This document shows positions 54,941 to 63,404 of a DNA stretch of 64,000 nucleotides, in pieces. Numbering within the stretch: position 1 is the first letter of the stretch; each line of letters starts with the position of its first letter. A model generated the notes under the pieces. It was given only the letters and a program-made list of their open reading frames with translations. It was not told the origin of the DNA and did no database searches. Both the position numbers and the translations under genes were made by a program. Source of the stretch: Escherichia phage ECP2303; sequence record PP261279.1; one strand, 5' to 3'.

Positions 54941-55918
54941 TTATTTGGTAGATTCTGCACGTGCACGAGCAAGTGCTTTTGCAACGTTTTCAGCAAGAAT
55001 TTCTTCTGCGGATTTTGCAATATCATCCACAACAGGTTCGCCATCATTACCATGTTCAGTGGTGGCAAACTCTTCTTTGGTTTTATGCACCTCTGCTTCC
55101 AGCTCTTTAATTTTGGCTTGAGCTTTCTCCAGCATAGCTACGATAGGTTCGTTAGCTTTTTCCAGCATGAAGTCAACCAGGGTTGCATGATCTTCTTCAC
55201 CAACAAAGCTTAAAGCTTGAGCTTTAGCCAGCATTTTAGCTTTTTCAACTTCAACCTGGGCCTTGATGATTTCTTCAGCTTTACTCTGGGTTGCTTTCAG
55301 CTCTTCTACTTGCTTCAGCAGATCCAGATACTCTTTAGTTTTGGTTACGTCCACCGGATTCTCCTCGGTATTTGCGGATTTTGCAACATCATCCACCTCG
55401 GTAGTTTTATCCACCTCAGTAGGTTCCTGTACCGCCTTGATCAGGTTCCCTTCTTTATCGAAGAGATCAGCGGTTACTTGTTCAAAAATCTGTTGTGTTT
55501 TTAACAGGCTGTACTGATCTACCACACTAAGCTGCTTGCCTTCTTTTGCAGCTTTATGAATGGTCACGTTATCACAACGCTCTTCCAGCCATGCAATGCA
55601 AGACTCTGCGTCAGCTTGCGCCCATTCCCAATCAGGATGCTCTTTAGCCCAAGCTTCCTCTTCAATCTCAAAACCAAGCATGTGTGCGAGTGCTTTGGCA
55701 TCGTCATACCACATATCGAAGAAACGACGCAGGTATTCTTCAAAACTCAGCTCCACAGTAACTTGGCGAAGTGCCTTAACAATATCGTCTGTTAACTGCT
55801 CAGGCTGAAGATCACTCTTCATCAAAAGAGATACAGGTCTGTTGTTAGCGCTATAGCCTTGAGCCTTATGGCACAGGGCAATCCCCTTCTCTTTAATAGT
55901 GATTGTTTTTTCAGACAT
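54941..55918 (-). CDS. Scaffold protein (putative)
   Basis: 325 aa, acidic, Ala/Glu/Lys-rich coiled-coil (KAQAKIKELEAEVHKTKEE), located between the protease-like and capsid genes. Confidence 0.6.
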   Translation of the reverse strand: MSEKTITIKEKGIALCHKAQGYSANNRPVSLLMKSDLQPEQLTDDIVKALRQVTVELSFEEYLRRFFDMWYDDAKALAHMLGFEIEEEAWAKEHPDWEWAQADAESCIAWLEERCDNVTIHKAAKEGKQLSVVDQYSLLKTQQIFEQVTADLFDKEGNLIKAVQEPTEVDKTTEVDDVAKSANTEENPVDVTKTKEYLDLLKQVEELKATQSKAEEIIKAQVEVEKAKMLAKAQALSFVGEEDHATLVDFMLEKANEPIVAMLEKAQAKIKELEAEVHKTKEEFATTEHGNDGEPVVDDIAKSAEEILAENVAKALARARAESTK

Positions 55919-56493
55919 TATTCATTGCCCTCTTCTACAACACTGATCCCGAAATTTACGTTGGTAATTTCGCCCGTCTCTTCATCAACATTGCCTGTTG
56001 CCTGAATGCTTAGGCCACCAACAATGCCAGCCTTCTTAGCTTCCCATAATTCAGGATTATTGTATTTAACTTTAGCAACCCAAGAGCCAGCCTTGATGAC
56101 CTGCTCAGTACCAATTACTACAACATCAAACTCTTCTTGAATCCACGTCTTTTCAATAGTGAAAGCATCTGTAGAGGTCAAGTGGAAAAGGTTTTCAGAA
56201 ACTAGGCCTGCGGCGTATGCTGCGTCCCAATTATCTTTAGCCTTTTTGATGGTGTCTTTACTCATCCACTCACCGTGAGCGTCTTTAGTGTCCGGTTCGT
56301 AGATGATTTCGTAGGAAATCATTTCTTCCTGTGGCATCTTATTCCCCATGTGGATTATTTTATCACGCCAAAGGAGGTTTTGCAACCCCCTGTGTTGATA
56401 ATTTTTAATTTTCCATGTTGGATATGGAATTATCTCTGGTTGATGACATCTTAGAAGTGCCGTTGCCAGTGGATCCTGCAGCCATACCATCAC
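55918..56493 (-). CDS. Prohead protease-like / head morphogenesis protein (true start probably internal, near 56337)
   Basis: Sits between portal and scaffold. The ORF-track N-terminus overlaps the portal by about 88 nt; the first Met after the portal stop with an SD-like GGGGA is at 56337. Confidence 0.45.
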   Translation of the reverse strand: MMVWLQDPLATALLRCHQPEIIPYPTWKIKNYQHRGLQNLLWRDKIIHMGNKMPQEEMISYEIIYEPDTKDAHGEWMSKDTIKKAKDNWDAAYAAGLVSENLFHLTSTDAFTIEKTWIQEEFDVVVIGTEQVIKAGSWVAKVKYNNPELWEAKKAGIVGGLSIQATGNVDEETGEITNVNFGISVVEEGNE

Positions 56494-57961
56494 CAGCCCT
56501 GCTGATATCCTGGCCCAAAAGCTTCATCAGCTCTTCTTGATCCATGTCTTCGTCAAATCTTTCATCAAACCCGCCTACTTCAAGAATCTTATTAATTACT
56601 GTAGGAGTTTTTGGCAAGTAACCTACAGCACCGATCCTCTGGACAAACTTGGAGAAGCTCTCCATGTCCACTTCTTCAATCAGACCAGGTTTCAGTTTAG
56701 GCATATCATCATCTTCAAGGATGATACCATTCAATGCCAGAAGCTGTGGAATAAGATCTTTATTGAAGGCCTCAGTGATAATATCTATATCACGCTGAAC
56801 AAAATGCCCATGGATGGATTGTTTTGACTCAGACAGAGAGAAGGACCCAACGTTATCGTTACCAAGGTTAATAAAGCCAGCACCGAAACGGTCAAGAATC
56901 GCCTTCTTACGGGCATCAATCAAATCTTTAGTGGAATACTGCTTACCCATACCATCAACCCCCTTCAGGGTCATGGAGTAAAGCTCTTTACCAGACTTAT
57001 CTCTATCAGACGGAAGTATAAAGAAACTTTGCTCCCCACTATGGGCGTTTGCTGCGTCCAACATAAGATCTGCAACCATTCTCCCTTCCATCGAATTCGG
57101 GTCAATGCTGGCCTTGTTCAAAATATTGGAAGGAATTTTCAGCTCAAGCACACCACCAAGGTCTTTGGAGCAGCCAACAACCTCAAGGTTTTCAATCAAA
57201 ACTTTCTCACGGAAAGATCTGTAGCAACCTATCATCGGTGACACACCTGCAGGATTAGATTCTGTTCCTGACAGAGTCATGAGCATAAGCTTTTTAGCAG
57301 GGATGAAAATTTCAGGCTCATTAAAGCCTTTTGAAGGCATTGCAGCAAGAGGACCAGCCCAGCGTGCATTCTGCGTGTTTAGAAATGCATTAGGTGATTG
57401 ATAAATACCTGTCAGTGTTCTACTATTCTTGTCAAAGACAAACGGCTCTGATCTGGACAAACTGGCCTGTGGTCGGAACGCAATCTTATCAATAAGAAGC
57501 ATCCCGGCGTATTTACCTTCTTTCTCTCTGCGGTATACTTTCTCAAACAGTGAAAAACCATACTCGTTAAAGGTAGCTGCGCTTCTTGCAATATCTCGAA
57601 GAGTTTGTTGGTTTGCCAAATTACGCAAAGAATACTCTACAAGCTCGGCAGCTTTCTTAGAGTCTTCACTTTTAACATTATAAAGTATCTTAAAATCATT
57701 AAATGCTTTCGTGATGAAAACATATTTTGTATCTAAGGCAGTAGCAACTGTGGAATCACATTTCATAGTTTCCACTGTAGCAATCAGCTGAGGCCAACGC
57801 AATTCCTCAACCATCATAGATTGTGATTCTGCCATAATTTGGGAAAGTGCGCCAGAACCGATCTCACTCATACGAACATTATGAGTTGGTGCGCCTGCGT
57901 TCCCAGATTTATTCACAGTTTTGGCTGTGGCGTTGTGTTTCCTGCGGTTCTTTTTGGACAC
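56405..57961 (-). CDS. Portal protein
   Basis: 518 aa, immediately downstream of the large terminase; acidic C-terminal tail; size and synteny. Confidence 0.7.
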   Translation of the reverse strand: MSKKNRRKHNATAKTVNKSGNAGAPTHNVRMSEIGSGALSQIMAESQSMMVEELRWPQLIATVETMKCDSTVATALDTKYVFITKAFNDFKILYNVKSEDSKKAAELVEYSLRNLANQQTLRDIARSAATFNEYGFSLFEKVYRREKEGKYAGMLLIDKIAFRPQASLSRSEPFVFDKNSRTLTGIYQSPNAFLNTQNARWAGPLAAMPSKGFNEPEIFIPAKKLMLMTLSGTESNPAGVSPMIGCYRSFREKVLIENLEVVGCSKDLGGVLELKIPSNILNKASIDPNSMEGRMVADLMLDAANAHSGEQSFFILPSDRDKSGKELYSMTLKGVDGMGKQYSTKDLIDARKKAILDRFGAGFINLGNDNVGSFSLSESKQSIHGHFVQRDIDIITEAFNKDLIPQLLALNGIILEDDDMPKLKPGLIEEVDMESFSKFVQRIGAVGYLPKTPTVINKILEVGGFDERFDEDMDQEELMKLLGQDISRAGDGMAAGSTGNGTSKMSSTRDNSISNMEN

Positions 57962-57993
57962 AAGCTTTACCCCTCAAAACAGTATAACAAAAT

Positions 57994-58013
57994 AGCCCTC
58001 GTGTCAGAGGGCT
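57994..58013 (-). terminator. Hairpin with weak U-tract between the terminase and portal genes (possible attenuator)
   Basis: Minus strand reads AGCCCUCUGACACGAGGGCU followed by AUUUUGUUAUACUGUUUU. Confidence 0.4.
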
Positions 58014-58063
58014 AGTATCTCCGATTACTCTATTCTACCACATCTAATTAAGATTGGCAACAC

Positions 58064-59611
58064 TTAGATAAAACGCTTGAACATAGAAGGTGATGAGATT
58101 GATGGAATCACACAAGGCAGCGCTACCTCCTCTTTCTCTAGGAAATTAATCGCAGAAGCTACACAGTCGGCCCAGTCGTCTTTTCTGTTAAATGTTGATC
58201 TTTCCCCGTTGAACTTTTCAAGTTCAGTCAGAAATGCTTCCAGAGTGTCAGGATGGAAACTGGATTTTACAATCCTCACCATTCCTTGTTGGGCAAGATT
58301 GGCAAAAGGTGAGAACCTTGTCAGTTTAGATTTGTTGGAAGGCATTGGATCTTCTTCAACCCTGAACCCTTCGGCGAGCAAGGATCTGGATGAGGTTAAG
58401 AACTCACTCTTACCTGCCTGGCCGGGGTCCACAGAAAATACGATTATGCAATCATCTCCATCAAACTGTGCCTGTTTCCTGATGATCACATCTCGTTCCC
58501 CAGCCTTTTTACAGAACTTGCCTTCCAGACCTGTGGAATACCTACCGTCATCCACGTTCTCAGGACAATAATCTCCGGACAGGTAATAAAAGCCGTCGCT
58601 ATCTTTACTTACCTTAACACTGGCGGTAAAGTCAGGAAATTTATTACCGGAAGTTCTCTCGGTCCCTGCCTTATCCCATGCCCTGCAAGATACTGATCCA
58701 AGAGGTACTCTATCGGCATCCCGAAGGAAAGATCTTTGGAAATAGTTTGCACCCTCAGGTTTGGCAAACCAGTTGCCATGAAGAAGCTGGGCTTTTTCAA
58801 GCTCTGGCAGACCTTCAAGGAAAGCAAGGTATTCTGGGTTGTCTCTCAAGCAGACAGGATTATCGAAAATTGTTGCGCCTATAAACGAGAATGACAACGG
58901 TCTTGGCTTGATCTCCACACCCAGTCCGTTAACCGTGGTGTATTTCTCTATTAACTCTTCTTTAGAGTCTCCCCAAATAAATTCACCGTCGCGTCGGATA
59001 AAATATCTTTTCTTACCACATTTCTCCGGATCTGGATACCCTTCATCGTCCAACCACCACCTAACCAGTTTGGCAAGCATGTGTTCTGAGTCGGGGTTAC
59101 AGCTGATAACCATTCTTGATGGATACTTTGACTGAGATCGCAGACGAGACATCAAATAGTCTATCTGCTCCCATTCGAATTGCGTGCCTTCATCGAAGCA
59201 AACCATGGTGTACTCAAGGCCTTGATGGTTAAGCTTATCTTGGACATACTCCATGTGGCAGTATTTTACAACGGCCCCCTTTTTGCTCCTATCCCACTTG
59301 CCAGTGCTCGGATCAAACCGTGGAAAAATAAACTTATGATCCTTCTCTCTGAACTTTGGTTTAATGTTTTCAGGCAGATCACTGTAAATAGCTACTGCTT
59401 TAGGCCATAGCCCACCCTCACCTTCCAACTGGGGAGTTGTTCTTCGGAACATAACCACAGAGCTGTGCGGGTCATCAATAATTTTAAGCGGCATTAGCTG
59501 CAAGAGGAACGACTTGCCAGACCCAGCTGCACCTCCGATCACCAAAATATCTGCATCGTTCTCTAGGATCATCTTCTGCTTTTCAGAACACGGTCCGTAA
59601 ATCTTAGACAT
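58064..59611 (-). CDS. Terminase large subunit
   Basis: 515 aa. Walker A GGAAGSGKS, Walker B MVCFDE, and a C-terminal nuclease-type acidic region (VFSVDPGQAGKSEF). Start overlaps the o-spanin stop. Confidence 0.9.
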   Translation of the reverse strand: MSKIYGPCSEKQKMILENDADILVIGGAAGSGKSFLLQLMPLKIIDDPHSSVVMFRRTTPQLEGEGGLWPKAVAIYSDLPENIKPKFREKDHKFIFPRFDPSTGKWDRSKKGAVVKYCHMEYVQDKLNHQGLEYTMVCFDEGTQFEWEQIDYLMSRLRSQSKYPSRMVISCNPDSEHMLAKLVRWWLDDEGYPDPEKCGKKRYFIRRDGEFIWGDSKEELIEKYTTVNGLGVEIKPRPLSFSFIGATIFDNPVCLRDNPEYLAFLEGLPELEKAQLLHGNWFAKPEGANYFQRSFLRDADRVPLGSVSCRAWDKAGTERTSGNKFPDFTASVKVSKDSDGFYYLSGDYCPENVDDGRYSTGLEGKFCKKAGERDVIIRKQAQFDGDDCIIVFSVDPGQAGKSEFLTSSRSLLAEGFRVEEDPMPSNKSKLTRFSPFANLAQQGMVRIVKSSFHPDTLEAFLTELEKFNGERSTFNRKDDWADCVASAINFLEKEEVALPCVIPSISSPSMFKRFI

Positions 59612-59898
59612 TAACCTCTCTCCTTTGGAAACAGTGTTCTTATATAGTCTTGCAAAATGATCAATTTAGCTCTATCATTACTACAAGACAGGTTATTATC
59701 CCTCATAATGCCAGAATTCACCGCATCTGGCGCACCTTTCTTCAAAGGGATAGCTTTAGCAGGTGGTTTCATAGCACCCTCGGGAGGTTTAACAATCAAC
59801 CTTCCTACATTCGGAGGGTCAATCTTGTATTCTCTCTCAACGCTGGTTGCACACCCACACAATAACAAGCACAAAACAACCAGTGCAGTAACTCTCAT
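59611..59898 (-). CDS. o-spanin (outer-membrane lipoprotein, Rz1-like)
   Basis: Signal peptide with lipobox (LLLCGC); Pro-rich mature part (PPNVGRLIVKPPEGAMKPPAKAIP); 95 aa; immediately downstream of the i-spanin. Confidence 0.65.
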   Translation of the reverse strand: MRVTALVVLCLLLCGCATSVEREYKIDPPNVGRLIVKPPEGAMKPPAKAIPLKKGAPDAVNSGIMRDNNLSCSNDRAKLIILQDYIRTLFPKERG

Positions 59899-60293
59899 CG
59901 AACCTCCTGATTGATACTCTCATTATAAATATCTATTAGCTGATCAGGAAGTGTTGACTTCTTACCTTCAGGAGATTGGAGGTAGATAATCTGCTTTTCT
60001 TTACCTGCCTTCTCAGCCATATTTAATTTATCCTGTAGATCAGAAAGAGATTTTTCAAGGTTTTTAACCTCCTCTGCGTGGCCCATTTTAATTTTGTCGG
60101 CCTGCTTTTGTTGTTGGTCAAGGATCCGTTCCCACTTTAACTCTGTTGCTGACACACCTTCTTGATAAGCATCATTGAGCTTAGAGTTAAACCAATACAC
60201 GGCCCCAAGATAAGCCATGCCTATAGCCGCTGCAAAAACTAAACCTTTTATGATCCCTCTGTGTTTACTCATCAATGTTAAAACTGAAATCAT
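59895..60293 (-). CDS. i-spanin (Rz-like)
   Basis: N-terminal transmembrane segment (GLVFAAAIGMAYLGAVYWF) followed by a long charged coiled-coil; ATGA overlap with the o-spanin gene. Confidence 0.6.
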   Translation of the reverse strand: MISVLTLMSKHRGIIKGLVFAAAIGMAYLGAVYWFNSKLNDAYQEGVSATELKWERILDQQQKQADKIKMGHAEEVKNLEKSLSDLQDKLNMAEKAGKEKQIIYLQSPEGKKSTLPDQLIDIYNESINQEVR

Positions 60294-60312
60294 TTTTAAG
60301 GCTCCAGAAACG

Positions 60313-60347
60313 AAAAAACCCCGCAGCTATACAGCTAACGGGGCGGG
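60313..60347 (-). terminator. Intrinsic terminator upstream of the spanin genes
   Basis: Minus strand reads CCCCG...CGGGG hairpin (with a nested AGCUGUAUAGCU palindrome) followed by UUUUUUCG. Confidence 0.5.
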
Positions 60348-60399
60348 TTAAAATTGAGTAACCTAAATAGATCGAAACTAACTAAAAGGAGACTAATAC

Positions 60400-60669
60400 T
60401 TATCGAGGCACTCGGTGGATGATTCTGACAGTAACCGCATTCTCATTCATCAAGTAAGCATCCACATCTCTGTAAATATAAAACTTCTGCTCGCTATCAA
60501 CAACACAAGCTACTGCCCCTTCAGAGTTGTCTTCAAAGAAGACCACAACTGCATCGCAGCTTAGTTCATGATACGACTCTCGAAGATTTACAGCAAGAGG
60601 GTTGAAATCGTCACGAAGATCTAAAGTATGGGTTGGATTTACACGTTCTACAATTTTAAGTGTATACAT
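60400..60669 (-). CDS. Hypothetical protein (89 aa)
   Basis: ORF between the tRNA cluster and the spanin genes; co-oriented. Confidence 0.5.
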   Translation of the reverse strand: MYTLKIVERVNPTHTLDLRDDFNPLAVNLRESYHELSCDAVVVFFEDNSEGAVACVVDSEQKFYIYRDVDAYLMNENAVTVRIIHRVPR

Positions 60670-60715
60670 TTTAAAGGTTCCTTTTGTGTGTATATATTTA
60701 AAGTATAACTAAAGG

Positions 60716-60792
60716 TGGTCTCCACGGAGTGATTCGAACACTCGACCTCCTGATCCCAAATCAGGCGCTCTACCAAGCTGAGCTACGCGGAG
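60716..60792 (-). tRNA. tRNA-Pro (anticodon UGG)
   Basis: 77-nt cloverleaf folded by hand: 7-bp acceptor stem (one G-U), D-arm GCTC/GAGC, anticodon loop UUUGGGA, T-loop TTCGAAT, encoded CCA. Confidence 0.8.
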
Positions 60793-60803
60793 TATTTATT
60801 ATT

Positions 60804-60878
60804 TGGTGGCCCTGGGTGGAATTGAACCACCGTCTGGCGATTATGAGTCGCTTGCTTGAACCTTCCAGCTACAGGGCC
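60804..60878 (-). tRNA. tRNA-Met or Ile2 (anticodon CAU)
   Basis: 75 nt. Perfect acceptor stem GGCCCTG/CAGGGCC, T-arm GGTGG-TTCAATT-CCACC, anticodon loop CUCAUAA, CCA encoded. D-arm and the 27-43 pair are imperfect. Confidence 0.6.
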
Positions 60879-60879
60879 A

Positions 60880-60955
60880 TGGTGCTGATGGCAGGACTTG
60901 AACCTGCAACCTATTGATTACAAATCAATTGCACTGACAATTGTGCTACATCAGC
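60880..60955 (-). tRNA. tRNA-Thr (anticodon UGU)
   Basis: 76 nt. Acceptor GCTGATG/CATCAGC, D-arm GCAC/GTGC, anticodon loop UUUGUAA, T-arm GCAGG-TTCAAGT-CCTGC, CCA encoded. Confidence 0.8.
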
Positions 60956-60959
60956 AAAA

Positions 60960-61058
60960 GGTGCTAGGTGATGGAATCGAACCACCTATGTATTCAACGA
61001 CTACCTCGTCTATTTTCAGGATTAAAAATCCTCGCCCTTGCCAAAGGGCTTACCTAGC
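60960..61058 (-). tRNA. Atypical tRNA-like element (possible tRNA-Lys UUU with oversized variable region, or pseudo-tRNA)
   Basis: About 99 nt. Perfect 7-bp acceptor stem GCTAGGT/ACCTAGC, D-arm GCCC/GGGC and T-arm GGTGG-TTCGATT-CCATC. The central 46 nt holds a perfect hairpin AGGATT-TTT-AATCCT (readable as a loop UUUUUAA) plus a further 28 nt. Confidence 0.4.
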
Positions 61059-61156
61059 GCAATATGTTGACCATGTGGCTAGTCGGCGATGACGACTGTA
61101 ACATTTGATAATCCGGTTCTGCTTCCGGCTTTCGCTTAATTACAAGGTCAACAATG

Positions 61157-61247
61157 TGGCGGAGAGTAATGGAATCGAACCATCATCGAGTTATCCTCAA
61201 CGGGACGGTTTTCAAGACCGCTTGAGCACCATTGCTCCCTACCCTCC
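61157..61247 (-). tRNA. tRNA-Ser (anticodon UGA), class II
   Basis: About 91 nt. Acceptor GGAGGGT/ACTCTCC (one G-U), anticodon loop CUUGAAA, long variable arm, T-loop TTCGATT, CCA encoded. Confidence 0.65.
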
Positions 61248-61361
61248 TTTATAAATTACACTGATAATGACACTGATTTTCGAGCAGTTAGTGACTAGTA
61301 TAAACGACGATAAATATCAATGTCATTATCTGTATGATTTATGCATTTAAAAATATAAATT

Positions 61362-61448
61362 TGGTGGGGAGTGGTGGAGTCGAACCACCCGAGTCGCAAT
61401 GACAATAGATTTACAGTCTACACCGCTACCTCTACGGGATAACTCCCC
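61362..61448 (-). tRNA. tRNA-Tyr (anticodon GUA), class II
   Basis: About 87 nt. Acceptor GGGGAGT/ACTCCCC, anticodon loop CUGUAAA, long variable arm, T-arm GGTGG-TTCGACT-CCACC, CCA encoded. Confidence 0.65.
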
Positions 61449-61452
61449 AATT

Positions 61453-61527
61453 TGGCACCCCGTACTGGACTCGAACCAGTGTCAACGGCTTAGAAGGCCG
61501 CTGCTTTATCCACTAAGCTAACAGGGC
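61453..61527 (-). tRNA. tRNA-Arg (anticodon UCU)
   Basis: 75 nt. Acceptor GCCCTGT/ACGGGGT (two G-U), D-arm GCTT/AAGC, anticodon loop CUUCUAA, T-arm ACTGG-TTCGAGT-CCAGT, CCA encoded. Confidence 0.8.
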
Positions 61528-61623
61528 ACTGGGTGGCTTTCTTTTACACCTGAGCCGCCAGAAAAGGTGGGAGACCATGTTTATAATATTACACTGTTAG
61601 GCAAAGTTTGTCAAGAAAATATT

Positions 61624-62082
61624 TTAACTATTGCCAACAGGCTGTATTTCTGTGGTAAATGGCATAAAAGGTGCTGGTTTTTCAGCCTCTTCTACTACCA
61701 CCTCTTCCTCTTCACCAAACATCTCATCATATTCTTCCTGCATTCGGTCTGCCTTATCAAGAACATACTCTGCAATGCTTTGACGAATATTTTGTTTGGT
61801 TTTCGGGTCCAACATCAGCTCTCTTAAAACTTTGTGAGCTTCTGGAACCATCGCTATAAAAGATTCCTTCATATCAAGGATGTTCTTCTCTAGCTGAATG
61901 GCGTTGGACTCCTCTTTCAGAGGTCTGCCTCTACGGCGACGCTTTTTAGTTGTATCCGCCATGTTTCCTCCATTATCACGTGATAGGTGGATTTTATCAC
62001 GGCAAATACTGATTGTCAAGTTCGCCGCAGGGTGGTATTCCCTGCGACTTGCCCAGCGTCCTGGACCAGCAAGACCCAACAA
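61624..62082 (-). CDS. Small basic/acidic protein, possible DNA-binding (candidate small terminase or regulator); probable true start at 61962
   Basis: Internal ATG at 61962 is preceded by GGAGG and by a consensus promoter. The product starts MADTTKKRRRRGRP (basic, AT-hook-like) and ends in an acidic tail. Confidence 0.5.
   Translation of the reverse strand: MLGLAGPGRWASRREYHPAANLTISICRDKIHLSRDNGGNMADTTKKRRRRGRPLKEESNAIQLEKNILDMKESFIAMVPEAHKVLRELMLDPKTKQNIRQSIAEYVLDKADRMQEEYDEMFGEEEEVVVEEAEKPAPFMPFTTEIQPVGNS
61991..62019 (-). promoter_or_regulatory. Strong sigma70-like promoter with adjacent palindromic operator-like site
   Basis: Minus strand reads TTGACA (62019-62014), 17-nt spacer, TAAAAT (61996-61991). 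A perfect 10-bp palindrome ATCACGTGAT (61974-61983) overlaps the predicted transcription start, with GGAGG-ATG downstream. Confidence 0.6.
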
Positions 62083-62307
62083 GTGGGTTACCAGATACCC
62101 ATTACCGCGCTCTGGCTCGACCTTATTACAGGTTGGCTGGGGTCACATCGTCATGTGCTGGCTGCCCCTACCATTTTAAGTGTGGTGCACTATCAAGCCC
62201 TCTAAGGGGAACTCAGACTTCTCCGAACCCTGTTTCAAAGCATCCGGAGATAAAGCCATCAAACTCATCTTTAAATTGGATATTCATCATGATACACGAA
62301 AACAACC

Positions 62308-62550
62308 TCATTGTAAAGCACAAATAAATAAAACATACTTAATTTGTTTGTTATCGGGCTCAGGGTAGAAGTAGAAGATCTTGCTATCACCAATCTGCAC
62401 ACCACCATCCCAACAACATAAACCATAACCCGTATTCATACAAGCTAAGTCGTTTGCAAAATCTATTGCATCATCTAGTGCACGAAATTCACCTTCATCT
62501 TCTAAATAATCCTCATTCATGGAACGGAAAACGAGCTTAACCTTAAACAT
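62308..62550 (-). CDS. Hypothetical protein (80 aa)
   Basis: Co-oriented small ORF. Confidence 0.4.
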   Translation of the reverse strand: MFKVKLVFRSMNEDYLEDEGEFRALDDAIDFANDLACMNTGYGLCCWDGGVQIGDSKIFYFYPEPDNKQIKYVLFICALQ

Positions 62551-62626
62551 AGCATTACCTGTAGACCTCGTAAGTTAAAATTGTATCACATCATATTGCA
62601 GATCTTATCAGGTAACATTATTTTTG

Positions 62627-62815
62627 TCAACAGATTCCGGCCTTATCCCTCCTGTCTGCGTATTCTTTAATCGCAACCTCACCTGCATTGGTAACCAGAT
62701 CTTCAAAGTAATTCTCAAGCTCCTCGTCAATGTCCGGTGACCAGCTCTTTTTCCTGTCAGTGTGAATTGCAGACTTGTTGAACTTATTACAATTCTTTGC
62801 TACCGGATTGTTCAT
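62627..62815 (-). CDS. Hypothetical protein (62 aa)
   Basis: Co-oriented small ORF; stop abuts the next gene's start. Confidence 0.35.
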   Translation of the reverse strand: MNNPVAKNCNKFNKSAIHTDRKKSWSPDIDEELENYFEDLVTNAGEVAIKEYADRRDKAGIC

Positions 62816-62825
62816 TAAGCTCTCC

Positions 62826-63404
62826 TCAACGTTCGTAGTAAATCTTATTCAACATTACCTCATCGTTTGCAGAAAGGATATCAAGATATGCATCACCAAA
62901 TCTGCCTGCAACAACCTCTGCATGATACATCACTTCGTTAACATCGTCAAGAGTGATAACCGGATGACCATATCTTTCTGAATATTGTCTCAGTGTGCGA
63001 TGTAACGAGTCGTCATCATATGCAGACTTTTTAATATCACAAACACGACGAATGGCCTTGATGTCGAAAAAACCTGTGCGATACCACCCAAGAAAAAAGT
63101 TCCGTGTAGTGTCAACATCTACATCAATACCATTAAGAACCTTATCTACAAGATAGCTGTCATCCTTTGGACTAGCGTCCTTAGTGCGAATGTAGTTGCC
63201 ATCTTTTCCAGGTGATAGCTCCTTCTCATCACCAACTTGCATGCCATCATTTGGCGGTGTTAGCCACTTATCAGGATGCTTACGATCACGAGCGTTAGAA
63301 TGATTACGCTGGAAACCTGGCTTCCACTTGAAAGTTTTCTCCATCTGTTCTTCATTCTGATAACGTTTTGCAATCTTTTCACTGGCATCTTTGCGTGAAC
63401 TCAT
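62826..63404 (-). CDS. Hypothetical protein (192 aa)
   Basis: GAGGAG lies 6-8 nt upstream of the ATG at 63404; co-oriented. Confidence 0.55.
   Translation of the reverse strand: MSSRKDASEKIAKRYQNEEQMEKTFKWKPGFQRNHSNARDRKHPDKWLTPPNDGMQVGDEKELSPGKDGNYIRTKDASPKDDSYLVDKVLNGIDVDVDTTRNFFLGWYRTGFFDIKAIRRVCDIKKSAYDDDSLHRTLRQYSERYGHPVITLDDVNEVMYHAEVVAGRFGDAYLDILSANDEVMLNKIYYER

Noticed and set aside
61567-62368. Plus-strand ORFs 61567-61827, 61898-62179, 62013-62327 and 62180-62368
   Set aside because: They run antisense to, or overlap, the minus-strand gene and the promoter region, and have no start context. The minus-strand reading with a consensus promoter and GGAGG ribosome-binding site is preferred.
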